Positions 28,029 through 38,843 of a stretch of DNA of 64,000 bases are shown piece by piece. The stretch is taken from the NCBI GenBank assembly GCA_030612025.1, contig JAUWOR010000004.1, positions 32,001 to 96,000 on the forward strand. The letters run 5' to 3'. Position 1 is the first letter of the stretch. Every line of letters begins with the position of its first letter. The stretch comes from Dehalococcoidia bacterium. GTDB lineage: Bacteria; Chloroflexota; Dehalococcoidia; GIF9; AB-539-J10. A model generated the notes under the pieces. That model searched no databases. It saw only the letters and a list, made by a program, of their open reading frames with translations, and was not told where the DNA came from. A program made the position numbers and the translations under genes.

Positions 28029-28103
28029 GCGGGAGTAACTCAGTGGTAGAGTTCCTGCCTTCCAAGCAGGGTGTCGCGGGTTCGAGTCCCGTCTCCCGCT
28101 CCA
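28029..28103 (+). tRNA. tRNA-Gly(TCC)
   Basis: CCTGC-CTTCCAA-GCAGG, encoded CCA. Confidence 0.95.
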
Positions 28104-28108
28104 AAATT

Positions 28109-28183
28109 GGGCTCGTAGCTCAGTGGCAGAGCGGCCGGCTCATAACCGGTTGGTCGTAGGTTCGAATCCTACCGAGCCCACCA
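28109..28183 (+). tRNA. tRNA with CAT anticodon, probably Ile2
   Basis: GCCGG-CTCATAA-CCGGT; lacks initiator features and resembles the lysidine tRNA-Ile2 type. Confidence 0.88.
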
Positions 28184-28560
28184 GTTATTTTACCTTAGTT
28201 TAGAGTCGAAAGAACGTATAATTAACTCTATCAAATAACCAGGGTTTTGGCACCGGATGATGGCAGATCCACAGTGAATCACTTGAGAAATGGGACATTG
28301 AACGGCAGAATCCTAGAATTATAAAGGGGCGTGGGCGCAGTTGAGCCGCAACATCAAGTGAGAAATTTCCTACCAAATTTGGAGCTAAATTCGAGCTTCG
28401 ACGAAGACGACTAAGAATCCAAATTCAATAAACCTAGTCGGGCGGTTGCTTACTATATTACTAGATACATACCGGAGATATTTATGGCTTCGTGCGTTTC
28501 TTTACTTGCTCACGCTTCTTAGCTATAATGCCGCTGGGGTTTTACCCTTGGAGGTGAAGA

Positions 28561-28923
28561 ATGGCAGAACAGGAAATGGACCAAGAGGAATTTGGACGCC
28601 AAGTATTCTGGGACAGGCTTGACAAGAGAGCTCCCAAAACGCATGCAGCAGTTGTGCTGTTTGATCGGTTATTCAATATTGTCTGGAAAGACGTTGCCGT
28701 AGATATTGGTCAAGCCCAAGAGATAGTCATATCCGTCGGGGCAGATGGAAAGATCAGAACGTCACTTGCTGGTTGGCTCGCATTGGGGGCTGTCGCTGCT
28801 GCTGCCTACAACATGGCTCGTGAAGACTTGAAACAATCTAGGGCCGAGCTAGACAAGAAAATAGCTGAGCTAGACGATAAGGTCTTCAGATTGTTGACTA
28901 GTCATGGCGGGGTAAATGAGTAG
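28561..28923 (+). CDS. Hypothetical protein
   Basis: 120-aa ORF with GGAGGTG RBS. Confidence 0.6.
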   Translation: MAEQEMDQEEFGRQVFWDRLDKRAPKTHAAVVLFDRLFNIVWKDVAVDIGQAQEIVISVGADGKIRTSLAGWLALGAVAAAAYNMAREDLKQSRAELDKKIAELDDKVFRLLTSHGGVNE

Positions 28924-29121
28924 GCCAGCAAGTTGACCTAAAGAGCTAACATTTTGGCTTTTTGTTACCTCCGCAAGCTCGCTATTGGCCTCATATTTGG
29001 GCATTGACAATTGTATCAATGGGAGACCAAACCTGAGTTCCTAAATATGGAGGAAACTTGAGAACAATAACACCCGATAAGGGAGTGATGGTGACAGAAG
29101 AAGGGCACAAAAATGCCCTTC

Positions 29122-29709
29122 TTATTCTTGCTCTTGATGGATTTCAAATTGATTGCTAAGTTTTTCATCTGGAAATAGTCTCTGGATTTCATCCCATTCC
29201 TCCTCTGGTATCCTTGAGAAGTAATCTCTTAATCTCATCCTAAGCAAATGTCTGCGCTTAACGTCTAACTCTAGTAGCTTCTCTGTTCCTATTTCTCGTA
29301 GCAAGGAACTCTTTATAGGCATCATCGTTGAGAAATCAACCACTGACTCACTACCAATAACTGGATTGTCTTCAAAGTAGAAATACTGTACAGGGTCATT
29401 ATCTGGCGTGTTTTCTCCATTTTCAATTAGTTTTTGATACTCTTCTGTTCCCTGTTTGAACGGCATTTTCAGAGATAGCGGAGCAACTAATACTTGTGGC
29501 CTCCTAGGTCTCAATTTTCCTTTGTCATCTGGATACCATTGTAGTTCGCAACAATGCGATAGGATAACTAGGTATGAGTAGGATATCTTGGGGCTTTGTG
29601 GGACCGTTATTTGATTTTCTTTTAGTCTTAGAAAATTCGCTTGCACATAATACGTTTTTTGAACAATGTCACCCTGTTTTAGTATATCAGACTTGTTCTC
29701 AACAAACAT
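29122..29709 (-). CDS. Hypothetical protein (LxQGDI...ILSHCCEL), possibly PemK/MazF-like
   Basis: Motif resemblance only. Confidence 0.55.
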   Translation of the reverse strand: MFVENKSDILKQGDIVQKTYYVQANFLRLKENQITVPQSPKISYSYLVILSHCCELQWYPDDKGKLRPRRPQVLVAPLSLKMPFKQGTEEYQKLIENGENTPDNDPVQYFYFEDNPVIGSESVVDFSTMMPIKSSLLREIGTEKLLELDVKRRHLLRMRLRDYFSRIPEEEWDEIQRLFPDEKLSNQFEIHQEQE

Positions 29710-29746
29710 GGATATCTCATTTTACAAGATGTCTCTTTGCTACAAA

Positions 29747-29956
29747 TCAAACAGCACGTTTAGGCTTAGGATATGCCTTATCAGCCCTTTCCCTATCAAT
29801 AATGGTCAAAATCGCATAGTCTCCTGTTTCTGGCAGTTCAAACTCCTCAATTTCAATAGTGCCAGAAACAGAACTCGGTTCATTGCTAGTAAGAATGCCC
29901 GGACTGTAAATCCATGTAATCTCTTCTATTCTTGTAGCCTTTCCCTGCTTTGTCAT
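29747..29956 (-). CDS. Small hypothetical protein
   Basis: Starts 3 nt after the upstream stop, with GAGGAGG RBS. Confidence 0.55.
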   Translation of the reverse strand: MTKQGKATRIEEITWIYSPGILTSNEPSSVSGTIEIEEFELPETGDYAILTIIDRERADKAYPKPKRAV

Positions 29957-29959
29957 TTT

Positions 29960-30751
29960 TTATTCCTCCTCAAGTAAAATAGACGTTAGTCTTTTTCTCT
30001 TAATCCATTTGAAGGTATTACTTGGCAACACTAATCCAACATCTATTTCTCCACCAACGGATGGAATCACGTTCGCAAATCTCTGATAGTTTGCTGTAGT
30101 TTCAATTAGAAAATTACAATAATCTATTGCATCCTGTACTGACCACGCAGGATATGGCTGCTGTAACTGAGGTCCTAATCCTTTGAGTTCCCAAAGTTTT
30201 ATTGCTACATAGGTTGTACCACTTACTGTCGTGCCAAAACCAGTCCATTCTTTCAGCAAATTTCTCTTGCCGATATCAACGCTGATTGATATTGGATTTC
30301 CTTCTTCATATCCAACAATTTGGAATCCCATAACATATTTGTCTTTAGGTATCTTATTAAACTCCTTCTCTCCCATAGCTTTCTTTAATTCATTCTGCAA
30401 ATATCTAGCCAATTCATCAGCTGTTTTTCTTAAACCATCCTCTTCTCTGGTATTTTCAAAACACCTGATACAAGCGAATACCGATTTATTTCCTATAGCA
30501 CCTATTCCATGAGTTCCTACCCCAAGCTTATGCCACAGCGGCTGGATTTTCTGCGAATAAGGTAACGTTGTTGATACTCCCTGACCCACTGGCACTTCAA
30601 TTGCAGCACTAAATTCATGCTCTTTCCCACAATTTGGGCATGTTGTTTTGCCTTTAGCTGATAGCTTAGGTGGCTGCATATGAATTGTTGACATGCTATC
30701 AGCTGCTATTACAATTCCATCAGGCACCCTAGTAGACGCAATTAAAGTCAT
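29960..30751 (-). CDS. Proteasome-beta-like Ntn hydrolase with a CxxC insert
   Basis: MTLIASTRVPDGIVIAADS (Thr1/Asp17 pattern), TCPNCGKEH insert, C-terminal VGG. Confidence 0.7.
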   Translation of the reverse strand: MTLIASTRVPDGIVIAADSMSTIHMQPPKLSAKGKTTCPNCGKEHEFSAAIEVPVGQGVSTTLPYSQKIQPLWHKLGVGTHGIGAIGNKSVFACIRCFENTREEDGLRKTADELARYLQNELKKAMGEKEFNKIPKDKYVMGFQIVGYEEGNPISISVDIGKRNLLKEWTGFGTTVSGTTYVAIKLWELKGLGPQLQQPYPAWSVQDAIDYCNFLIETTANYQRFANVIPSVGGEIDVGLVLPSNTFKWIKRKRLTSILLEEE

Positions 30752-31048
30752 TTTGAAATTATACCACCAACGCACCAATATAATATTTAAAGTGTAACCA
30801 CTTGTATGCCCTATCCTGCATTTTCCTACAGTTCACGACTACTGTCAAGTTACATCATGGCCCATTATCAGAAGAAACAACAAGTCTATGTTTTGTTATG
30901 CTTGTGACGAAAGCCAAATCCCTTCTCAAAAGTTGCTCAATCCTCCGATAAAGCCTAAAGCTATCCTCAAACTTCACTGACCCAAAAAACATTGATTTGG
31001 AAGTGATCTAATGATTAGGTGCAGGTCATAAAGATAGCGGATAAGTCA

Positions 31049-31549
31049 CTAAACTTTTGACTTCATTTCATCCATGAGTCTGAACATCTTAACACATGCA
31101 TCCTGAGCCTGTCTCCACTGCTCATGTTCTACTCTACCCTCCTTCATTACAGCCCAATACACGCTAGCGATTTGTCTCCAATATCCTCGTAAATCCTCTG
31201 AGCCAGTTGTACGGATTGATGCCGATGCTTCACCGGTTAAATGCTGTATCCGCTTCTCTATTTCCACCATCGCATCCTTATCATCATATATCGGTAGTCC
31301 TATTTCCTCTCCAACTGCTATTCCAATAATCCTCATCATTAACTTGGTTGTCTCTTCCACTACTTCAAGTCTCTCAGATAATAGTTCTCGCTTTATTCTC
31401 CGCTGCTCTCTTTCGAGCTCATTTTGCCTATTTCTTGTCTCATCTTCTAATGACCATTTCCTTTGTCTTTTCTGAACAAAGTATGCACCTATATAACTAA
31501 CAATTGCGCCTCCCAGTGTTCCTGCTACAGCTATAATACTAGAGTCCAC
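31049..31549 (-). CDS. Hypothetical protein with N-terminal TM helix and coiled coil
   Basis: IIAVAGTLGGAIVSYIGAYFV followed by charged helices. Confidence 0.6.
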   Translation of the reverse strand: MDSSIIAVAGTLGGAIVSYIGAYFVQKRQRKWSLEDETRNRQNELEREQRRIKRELLSERLEVVEETTKLMMRIIGIAVGEEIGLPIYDDKDAMVEIEKRIQHLTGEASASIRTTGSEDLRGYWRQIASVYWAVMKEGRVEHEQWRQAQDACVKMFRLMDEMKSKV

Positions 31550-31908
31550 GTCACTCTCCTAATGTGTATTCAAACTGACCTGCCCTTATGATTATATCAC
31601 CTTCTAAGTCAGATTCAATGGCACAGTGCTTGACAGTATCTAGTTTAATGTACCAGCCTGTCCGCCTGAGTTTTTAGCCTACTTCTCCGGTAGGGCAAAG
31701 GAGTCGGGCTAAAGCTCGGCTTGTTTTGCGCAAAATTCCCTCAAAAATCACTCGACTAGTCCATTTACACCCATGAGGTTATTTTACCCCCCAAATTTCG
31801 CCTCTCACGACCAGTTTTTTTGTCCCGAGGATTTTTTTCAAGAATCTCCTGTTTCTCCTCGGGGAGGGTTTAGATTACTTGACATAATACTTCGGCGGGG
31901 TGACCTCA

Positions 31909-32847
31909 CTAATCAGGCTCGGCCAAGGGATGATATTTGTGGTGGGTTTCTTCAGCATATTTATCTGAGGCATGGACATACCGGGTAGTGGTATCCAAAG
32001 ATTCGTGACCCAGGAGAATCTGAAGGGCCGCTGGATTAGCACCTTGCTCAGCTAAATAAGTAGCAAAACCATGCCTCAGGGAGTGTGCTGAGGTAGGGAC
32101 GTTAATCTTTAATTTCTCTCGATATCTTTTAATCCTTTCCTGGAGGTAATTGGTGGAGATTCTCTTTCTGGGACTAGTTACGTTCCTGCCAGCATAGGGA
32201 ATAAACAGGGCAGGGCAATTATCATGGCGTGTGCTCAGGTATATATCAAGATGCTGCCTAGCCCGTGGGGTTAGGTAAACAAACCTCTGCTTCCTGCCTT
32301 TGCCGGTGATGAAAATACGCCCGCTACCATCAATCTGGCTGCGATTCAGGTTGCACAGCTCAGAGATACGCATTCCGGTGGCAAATAATACCTCTAGTAT
32401 AGCTCGGTTTCTCAAAGCTATCTTGGGATTTGGTTCAAAGGAGGTTGGCGCTTCAATTAGCCTAACTAAATCGTTAAACTCAGCTACCTGAGGATGTTTT
32501 TTGCCAGCTTTTGTCAGTTTAACTGCCTCAGGTGGTAGAGGACAGGGGTAATCCATGTCAATTAAGTAGCGGAGGTAAGCTCGGAGGGTTGACAACATGC
32601 GATTTATGGAGCGTGGGCCAAGCTGCTTATTACCCCCATTGCTTAGACCCGCTGTCTTTCGATCCCGTGAAGTTAGATATGCTTTGTAATAAGTGATAGC
32701 ACGCTTGTTTACTTTATCAAACTCGATATTGCTTTCATTTAGAAAGTGGTCAAAAACTTCCAGATCTCGCTCGTAGTTGTAAACTGTCTCTGGAGAATAA
32801 TAGTTAGCCTGCAAGTTTAGCAGGAGGTCATCAGCGTGTGGTAACAT
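31909..32847 (-). CDS. Tyrosine recombinase, XerC/D-like
   Basis: TGMRISEL, GKGRKQR, HSLRH and LLGH..TTTRY motifs. Confidence 0.92.
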   Translation of the reverse strand: MLPHADDLLLNLQANYYSPETVYNYERDLEVFDHFLNESNIEFDKVNKRAITYYKAYLTSRDRKTAGLSNGGNKQLGPRSINRMLSTLRAYLRYLIDMDYPCPLPPEAVKLTKAGKKHPQVAEFNDLVRLIEAPTSFEPNPKIALRNRAILEVLFATGMRISELCNLNRSQIDGSGRIFITGKGRKQRFVYLTPRARQHLDIYLSTRHDNCPALFIPYAGRNVTSPRKRISTNYLQERIKRYREKLKINVPTSAHSLRHGFATYLAEQGANPAALQILLGHESLDTTTRYVHASDKYAEETHHKYHPLAEPD

Positions 32848-33025
32848 CTATTTCACCTCTTTGTAACTATCAATTGAGTGTAAGGAATATTATACTCAAT
32901 CAAGTATACACACAAAATATTCTTCTGTCAAGATAAACTTCACTCCCTCGATAAAGTGATATAATCTCAACATCTGATGATTCTAATAATATAGTGTGCT
33001 ATGGTAATAGTAACAAGGAAATAAG

Positions 33026-34759
33026 GTGCACGCGCTGAGATTGGGGATAGCTCAGATCAACCCTACTGTTGGTGATTTGAGCGGCAATACAAAGAAAATA
33101 ATACATTTCATTGGTAAGGCAAAGGCACTCAGCGTTGACTTGCTGACTTTTCCTGAATTAGCCATAACAGGTTATCCTCCCGAGGGTCTGCTACTCAAGC
33201 CACAGTTTATCCAGCGAAACCAAAACTGCCTGGAGGAAATAATAAAACACTCTTCAGACATAACAGTGGTAGTAGGTTTTGTTGATAGCAATAACGATAT
33301 ATACAACGCTGCGGCTATGATTTATGACCAAAAATTGGTGGGGGTTTACCATAAAAATTATCTGCCTAATTATGGCGTATTCAATGAAAATAGCTATTTC
33401 CAGGCTGGAACTGAGTGCCCTATTTTCATCATTTATAATACCGGCGTCGGTATAACCATTAGTGAAGATATGTGGTATGAAGCTGGACCGGCAATAGTGC
33501 AGGCTTATGCCGGGGCTAGATTATTAGTCAATATAAGCGCCTCGCCATATCATGCTGGGAAAAGAGACGCTAGAGAAAGGATGCTGGCTACTAGAGCAAC
33601 TGATAATGCAGCCATTGTTGCTTATAACAATTTAGTTGGTGGACAAGATGAGTTGGTATTTGATGGCAATAGCCTTATTATCAACGAGAAAGGAGAAGTC
33701 ATCGCTCGGGGGAAACAGTTTGGAGAAGAGCTAATAGTCACAGATTTGAATTTGGAATCAGTATTTCGCTCGCAGCTGCACGAGTCCCGGCGGAGGAAGG
33801 AACCCCCCTTAGTTAAAACAGCGCTGGGACAAGCTACTAAGATAGAGGTGTCAAGTAAATATCCGATGATTGCCAAACCATGGTTGCCATCAAGGCAAAT
33901 TGAACCACTAGACAAACTTGCCGAGATATATCAAGCACTTGTTCTTGGCACCGGAGATTATGTGCGCAAGAATGGTTTCAAGAAGGTAGTTATTGGCCTG
34001 TCTGGGGGAGTTGATTCAAGTCTAGTAGCTGCCATAGCAGTAGATGCCCTGGGAGCTGATAATGTTGTCGGTGTTTCCATGCCCTCGCGCTACTCATCGC
34101 CAGGTAGCAAATCAGACGCTGAATTACTGGCAAAGAACCTGGGAATAGAGCTTAAAATAATCACTATTGAGAAAGCCTTTAGTTCATATCTGGAAATGTT
34201 AGCCGCGCCCTTCAAAAATACCCAACCCGATGTGACTGAGGAGAACATCCAAGCGAGGATCAGGGGCAACATTCTCTTTGCTTTATCCAATAAGTTTGGC
34301 TGGCTGGTGCTTGCTTGCAGCAATAAAAGTGAGGCAGCTACAGGCTATACTACACTTTATGGTGATATGGCGGGAGGATTTAGTCCACTCAAGGATGTGC
34401 TTAAAACGATGGTTTTTGAATTGGCTAATTATAAGAATCGCCAGGCAAGAAAAAAGGTGATACCATCCAGTGTTTTAAGCAAAGCGCCATCGGCTGAGCT
34501 AGGACCGGACCAAAAAGATACAGATACTCTACCACCATATGAGTTATTAGATCCTATTTTAAAAGCATATGTAGAAGAAGACTTACCAATTGACCAAATC
34601 ATTGCCATGGGTTTTGACCCTGAAATAGTTGTGAGAACAGTGCGGTTAGTGGACAAGAACGAATACAAGCGCCGCCAGGCTGCCCCTGGCATAAAGATAA
34701 CCCCCAGGGACTTTGGTAAGGATAGAAGATTGCCTATTACCAATCGGTTCAGCGATTAA
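33026..34759 (+). CDS. nadE: NAD+ synthetase with glutaminase-domain architecture
   Basis: Nitrilase-like N-domain, SGGVDSS and NIQARIRG motifs. Confidence 0.95.
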   Translation: MHALRLGIAQINPTVGDLSGNTKKIIHFIGKAKALSVDLLTFPELAITGYPPEGLLLKPQFIQRNQNCLEEIIKHSSDITVVVGFVDSNNDIYNAAAMIYDQKLVGVYHKNYLPNYGVFNENSYFQAGTECPIFIIYNTGVGITISEDMWYEAGPAIVQAYAGARLLVNISASPYHAGKRDARERMLATRATDNAAIVAYNNLVGGQDELVFDGNSLIINEKGEVIARGKQFGEELIVTDLNLESVFRSQLHESRRRKEPPLVKTALGQATKIEVSSKYPMIAKPWLPSRQIEPLDKLAEIYQALVLGTGDYVRKNGFKKVVIGLSGGVDSSLVAAIAVDALGADNVVGVSMPSRYSSPGSKSDAELLAKNLGIELKIITIEKAFSSYLEMLAAPFKNTQPDVTEENIQARIRGNILFALSNKFGWLVLACSNKSEAATGYTTLYGDMAGGFSPLKDVLKTMVFELANYKNRQARKKVIPSSVLSKAPSAELGPDQKDTDTLPPYELLDPILKAYVEEDLPIDQIIAMGFDPEIVVRTVRLVDKNEYKRRQAAPGIKITPRDFGKDRRLPITNRFSD

Positions 34760-34771
34760 ACAGTTTATAAG

Positions 34772-34943
34772 GAGGCTGTTTAAAAATGTAGTTGCCCAAT
34801 TTATTGGGCGACTGTGCCTGATAAATCAGGCAACTTTGGCCCTCCATTCATTAAGGCCTGATAAATCAGGCAACTACAAAATTTGGGGGTGAAACACCTC
34901 TGAGATGGCTGAAATTGAACGGGGAATCAAAATTAAACAGCCT
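34772..34943 (+). mobile_element. Composite MITE copy with a duplicated gcctgataaatcaggcaact unit
   Basis: gaggctgtttaaaaat ... aaaattaaacagcct. Confidence 0.8.
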
Positions 34944-34963
34944 GATAAGTTAAGGGAGGTGAA

Positions 34964-35188
34964 ATGCGAAAGATAGGTGGTATCTTGCTGGGAGTTGGCT
35001 CGGGAATTTTAGCGGGCTGGGGACTCTACCAGTTATTCGGCCGGGCTTTCCCGTCTTGGCCTTTACCGGTCAAGATTGCCGTCGCTGCTATAGCTATAGG
35101 ACTTATTATTCTCCTGGTATCGCTAGGTCGGGAAAGATACCGGGCATCAAAGGAGGAAAGAGGGAAATTCAAGGAGGTAGAAAAATGA
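34964..35188 (+). CDS. Small two-TM membrane protein
   Basis: GGAGGTG RBS; stop overlaps the next start. Confidence 0.7.
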   Translation: MRKIGGILLGVGSGILAGWGLYQLFGRAFPSWPLPVKIAVAAIAIGLIILLVSLGRERYRASKEERGKFKEVEK

Positions 35189-35499
35189 TTGTGGTTACTA
35201 TAGAACAGATAGAGGGTAAAAGAATAACAGAAACTCTGGGTCTGGTTAGAGGCAGCACTATCAGAGCCAGACATGTAGGGCGTGATATCATGGCCAGCTT
35301 ACGAAACATCGTCGGTGGCGAAGTCAAAGATTATACTGTAATGCTGGCGCAAGCTCGAGAGGAAGCACTAGAGAGAATGATTGAGCAAGCCGAGAAGATG
35401 GGAGCCAACGCCATTGTAGGCACCAGGTTCGTAACTTCAATGGTAATGTCCGGGGCTGCTGAAATGGTAGCTTATGGGACAGCGGTAAAAGTAACCTGA
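35185..35499 (+). CDS. YbjQ/UPF0145 family protein
   Basis: MIVVT..., GGEVKDY, GANAIVG and YGTAVK motifs. Confidence 0.92.
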   Translation: MIVVTIEQIEGKRITETLGLVRGSTIRARHVGRDIMASLRNIVGGEVKDYTVMLAQAREEALERMIEQAEKMGANAIVGTRFVTSMVMSGAAEMVAYGTAVKVT

Positions 35500-35522
35500 G
35501 AGTTACTGCTAGCAGTTTTAGT

Positions 35523-35774
35523 CTAGCCTTTTAGCCTGGTATTGCTTGTTATGTTGATTTGTATGGTTTGACCACATTTGGGGCAGGTAACTTCCATAGT
35601 CAGAGGCCTTTCCATCACCCTTTCCACAAGAGATGTAATTACTGAGTCCATGTTATCCAGTCTTCCATCCAGCATATCGAGGCGTCTGCTTACTTGCTCT
35701 ATGGCCAGCTCGGGGGTAACTTCAGCAAGCGGGTCACTTTTGTCCCTTAAAGCCAATTTATAAACTCCTCTCAA
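35523..35774 (-). CDS. Small coiled-coil plus CxxC protein
   Basis: RRLDMLDGRLDNMD, TCPKCG. Confidence 0.6.
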   Translation of the reverse strand: MRGVYKLALRDKSDPLAEVTPELAIEQVSRRLDMLDGRLDNMDSVITSLVERVMERPLTMEVTCPKCGQTIQINITSNTRLKG

Positions 35775-36078
35775 CTACGCCCAGAGACTCCAGCTCAGCC
35801 TTATCTTTTTGTATTAGCTTATCTATTTCACTAGAGACGGTGTGCTCCAAATACTTCCGAAAGGCTTCCCTTGCTGCCGGTGATGACCGCACTGCCTCCT
35901 TAGCTTTCTGCCATTCATCACTGATCACCTCGCTAATTTGCTCAGGACTTATAGGCTCTTTCTCCTGCCATATGCTCTCAATTCTATTCAAGGCTTTGGT
36001 TGTTATAGCTCTCTTCAAGCGATCAAAAGAAAATACCTCCTCCCAACTATATGGCTGTTCTGCTTTTCTCTCCACCAT
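35758..36078 (-). CDS. Hypothetical helical protein
   Basis: GGAGGT RBS; overlaps the downstream gene. Confidence 0.65.
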   Translation of the reverse strand: MVERKAEQPYSWEEVFSFDRLKRAITTKALNRIESIWQEKEPISPEQISEVISDEWQKAKEAVRSSPAAREAFRKYLEHTVSSEIDKLIQKDKAELESLGVVERSL

Positions 36079-36219
36079 GACTTATTACCTCCAATCAGCT
36101 TTGTTTGATATTACTATCATAGGTTTAACCACATGACCTGTCAAGATATACTTGGCTAATATGTATTGATTTATAATCATAAGTAGTATACATTATTTAG
36201 AGGAAGGAGGTATTTTAAC

Positions 36220-36474
36220 ATGCCAGAAGTAGTAATTGGCAAGGTGACCGATTTTTTTGCCAGGCCGGGGGTAGCTGGTGTGGAGCTAAGCGGTACATTA
36301 AAGATGGGTGACAAAATCCACATCAAGGGCGCCACTACAGATATGGAACTTGCTGTAGAATCCATGCAAATCGATCGCGTTGACATCACCGAGGGCAAGC
36401 TTGGCGACCTTGTCGGCATAAAGGTTCCTGAAAGGGTAAGGCGGGGAGACATAGTTTATAAGGTCACGGAATAG
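36220..36474 (+). CDS. Translation-elongation-factor-like small beta-barrel protein
   Basis: [19 protein letters not shown] and VESMQI motifs. Confidence 0.8.
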   Translation: MPEVVIGKVTDFFARPGVAGVELSGTLKMGDKIHIKGATTDMELAVESMQIDRVDITEGKLGDLVGIKVPERVRRGDIVYKVTE

Positions 36475-36955
36475 ATTGCTTCGTTTCACTCGCAATGACA
36501 CGGAGCAAATTTGCCATTTCAATAGCGCTCACCGCGGCAAGAAAGCCTTTGTTGCCTTCTTTAGCTCCAGCTCTCTGAACAGCTTGTTCCAGAGTATCAG
36601 CAGTAATAATGCCTTGTATTATTGGCAATCCGGTGTCTAGGCTTATTCTACCGATTCCTCTGTGTACCTCGGAAGCTATATATTGGAAATGCGGTGTGCC
36701 ACCGCGAATCACGGCACCGAGGCATATAACAGCGTTATATTTACCACTTTGCGCTAGCCTCTTAGCTATCAGCGGAATTTCAAAACAGCCTGGTGTCCAG
36801 GTAACGTCAATATCCTTCTCATCAACGCCATGGCGTAACAAAGCATCTCTTGCTCCTTCGAGCAACCTATTGGTTATCAACTCGTTAAATCGGGAAACAA
36901 CTACAGCAAATTTAAAACCTTTCCCTACTAATATTCCTTCGTAGTGCTTAGCCAT
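36464..36955 (-). CDS. ribH: 6,7-dimethyl-8-ribityllumazine synthase
   Basis: VVSRFN, PGCFEIP and IRGGTPHF motifs. Confidence 0.96.
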   Translation of the reverse strand: MAKHYEGILVGKGFKFAVVVSRFNELITNRLLEGARDALLRHGVDEKDIDVTWTPGCFEIPLIAKRLAQSGKYNAVICLGAVIRGGTPHFQYIASEVHRGIGRISLDTGLPIIQGIITADTLEQAVQRAGAKEGNKGFLAAVSAIEMANLLRVIASETKQSIP

Positions 36956-38163
36956 TAGTTAACCTCCTCTACACCTAAAAGGTGTCCTAGCTTTTTTTGT
37001 TTGGTTTCTAGATAGTGAATATTATAAGGGTTGGGTGAAGCTATTAATGGCACAGTCTCCACTATCTTAAGTCCATAGCTCTCCAGTCCAACTACCTTTT
37101 TAGGGTTGTTGGTAAGTAATCGAATATTATGTAAACCTAAATCAGCCAAAATCTGAGCCCCAACTCCATAATCTCTCAAATCAGGTGGAAAGCCTAAAGC
37201 TACATTAGCTTCCACAGTATCCATTCCTTGGTCTTGAAGAGCATAGGCGCGGAGCTTATTATGGAGTCCGATTCCCCTTCCTTCTTGTCGCATATAAAGA
37301 AAAACTCCTCTGCCTTCTTCAGTTATGCTTCGCATCGCCAGCCTGACTTGATCACTGCAATCACATCTCAAACTGCCAAAGACGTCTCCGGTGAGGCATT
37401 CACTATGGACACGCACCAATACTGGCTCATCTCCTGATATGTCGCCTTTAACCAAGACAACATGTTCAGCGGCATCAACATTGCTTCTGTAAGCCAGGGC
37501 TATAAATTCGCCGAACCTGGTAGGCAGCTTAGCCTCAGCTACTTTTTGCACTAACTTTTCATGACGAAGGCGGTAGGCAATTAAACCTGCAATAGTTATA
37601 ATCTTCAAATCATGCTTAGAGGCCATAATCTCAAGCTCAGGTAAATGTGCCATAGTACCATCTTCATTCATAATCTCACATATGACGCCAGCGGGGTAAA
37701 GTCCGGCCAACCTAGCTAAATCAACAATAGCTTCAGTATGACCTGCTCGCACTAGCACTCCTCCATCCCTGGCTCGAATGGGAAATACATGTCCCGGGCG
37801 GACTAAATCATCTGGCTTACTATTAGGATCGAGCACTGTTTTTATGGTGTGGGCTCGATCAAAGGCAGAAATCCCAGTAGTTACTTTGTTCTTCGCCTCA
37901 ATAGATACTGTAAAGGCGGTAGAATGCATCGAGGTATTATCCTGAACCATTAACGGTATTCCCAATTCATCAAGTCTCTGCTTGGTGATAGGAAAGCAAA
38001 TTAAGCCTCGAGCCTCCTTGGCCATAAAATTTATAGCCTCGGGAGTAACGTTCTCTGCTGCTATCGCCAGGTCACCTTCATTTTCGCGGTTCTCATCATC
38101 AATGATGATGATAAACTTGCCTGCTCTTATATCTTCAAGCGCCTTTGGTATAGTAGCTAACAT
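36955..38163 (-). CDS. ribBA: Bifunctional DHBP synthase / GTP cyclohydrolase II
   Basis: DENRENEGD and [10 protein letters not shown]...RCDC motifs. Confidence 0.97.
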   Translation of the reverse strand: MLATIPKALEDIRAGKFIIIIDDENRENEGDLAIAAENVTPEAINFMAKEARGLICFPITKQRLDELGIPLMVQDNTSMHSTAFTVSIEAKNKVTTGISAFDRAHTIKTVLDPNSKPDDLVRPGHVFPIRARDGGVLVRAGHTEAIVDLARLAGLYPAGVICEIMNEDGTMAHLPELEIMASKHDLKIITIAGLIAYRLRHEKLVQKVAEAKLPTRFGEFIALAYRSNVDAAEHVVLVKGDISGDEPVLVRVHSECLTGDVFGSLRCDCSDQVRLAMRSITEEGRGVFLYMRQEGRGIGLHNKLRAYALQDQGMDTVEANVALGFPPDLRDYGVGAQILADLGLHNIRLLTNNPKKVVGLESYGLKIVETVPLIASPNPYNIHYLETKQKKLGHLLGVEEVN

Positions 38164-38185
38164 TATTTGAGTTCCTTCACTTCGC

Positions 38186-38824
38186 TCAGGACAAGCCTTT
38201 TATCACAAACCCATATTCCTCTAAAAAGTCGGTAGTTAAACCTCGACTGCTTTGTTCCTTCAGCCGTTCTACATATTTAGCTATGATATCCGCCTCTAAA
38301 TTAACTTTATCGCCAGGTCTCTTATTACCTAAAGTGGTATGTTCCATAGTATAAGCTACTAGAGATATAGTAAAGGAAAGGTCATCAAGGCCAGCAATGG
38401 TAAGGCTAACGCCATCGACAGCGATAAAGCCTTTATTAGCGATATAAGGCATTAGTTTGGCCGGGGGTGAAATCCTCATAATGCGTGCCGCTTCCTCGGG
38501 AGTTATCGAAATTACTTCCCCTGTGTCATCAACGTGACCCAATACTAAATGACCACCAAGCCGTCCACCTACTACAAGTGCTCTTTCCAAATTTACCTGG
38601 TCGCCGTAATGAAGTTCGCCAAGATTGGTGTGACGCAATGTCTCTGGCATGACATCAACGTTGAAGGCATTACTGCTTAAAGAGGTGACTGTCAGGCAGA
38701 CTCCATTAACAGCTATGCTGTCGCTTATTCTCATCCCTTCAAGCACCCTTTTGGCTCCAATGACTAAACAGTGTGGATTCGCTTCCTTGACTATGCCAAT
38801 TTCCTCAACTATCCCGGTAAACAT
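38186..38824 (-). CDS. ribE: Riboflavin synthase
   Basis: MFTGIVEE and NGVCLTV motifs. Confidence 0.96.
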   Translation of the reverse strand: MFTGIVEEIGIVKEANPHCLVIGAKRVLEGMRISDSIAVNGVCLTVTSLSSNAFNVDVMPETLRHTNLGELHYGDQVNLERALVVGGRLGGHLVLGHVDDTGEVISITPEEAARIMRISPPAKLMPYIANKGFIAVDGVSLTIAGLDDLSFTISLVAYTMEHTTLGNKRPGDKVNLEADIIAKYVERLKEQSSRGLTTDFLEEYGFVIKGLS

Positions 38825-38843
38825 ACTGCTGCTCTATAAAAAT

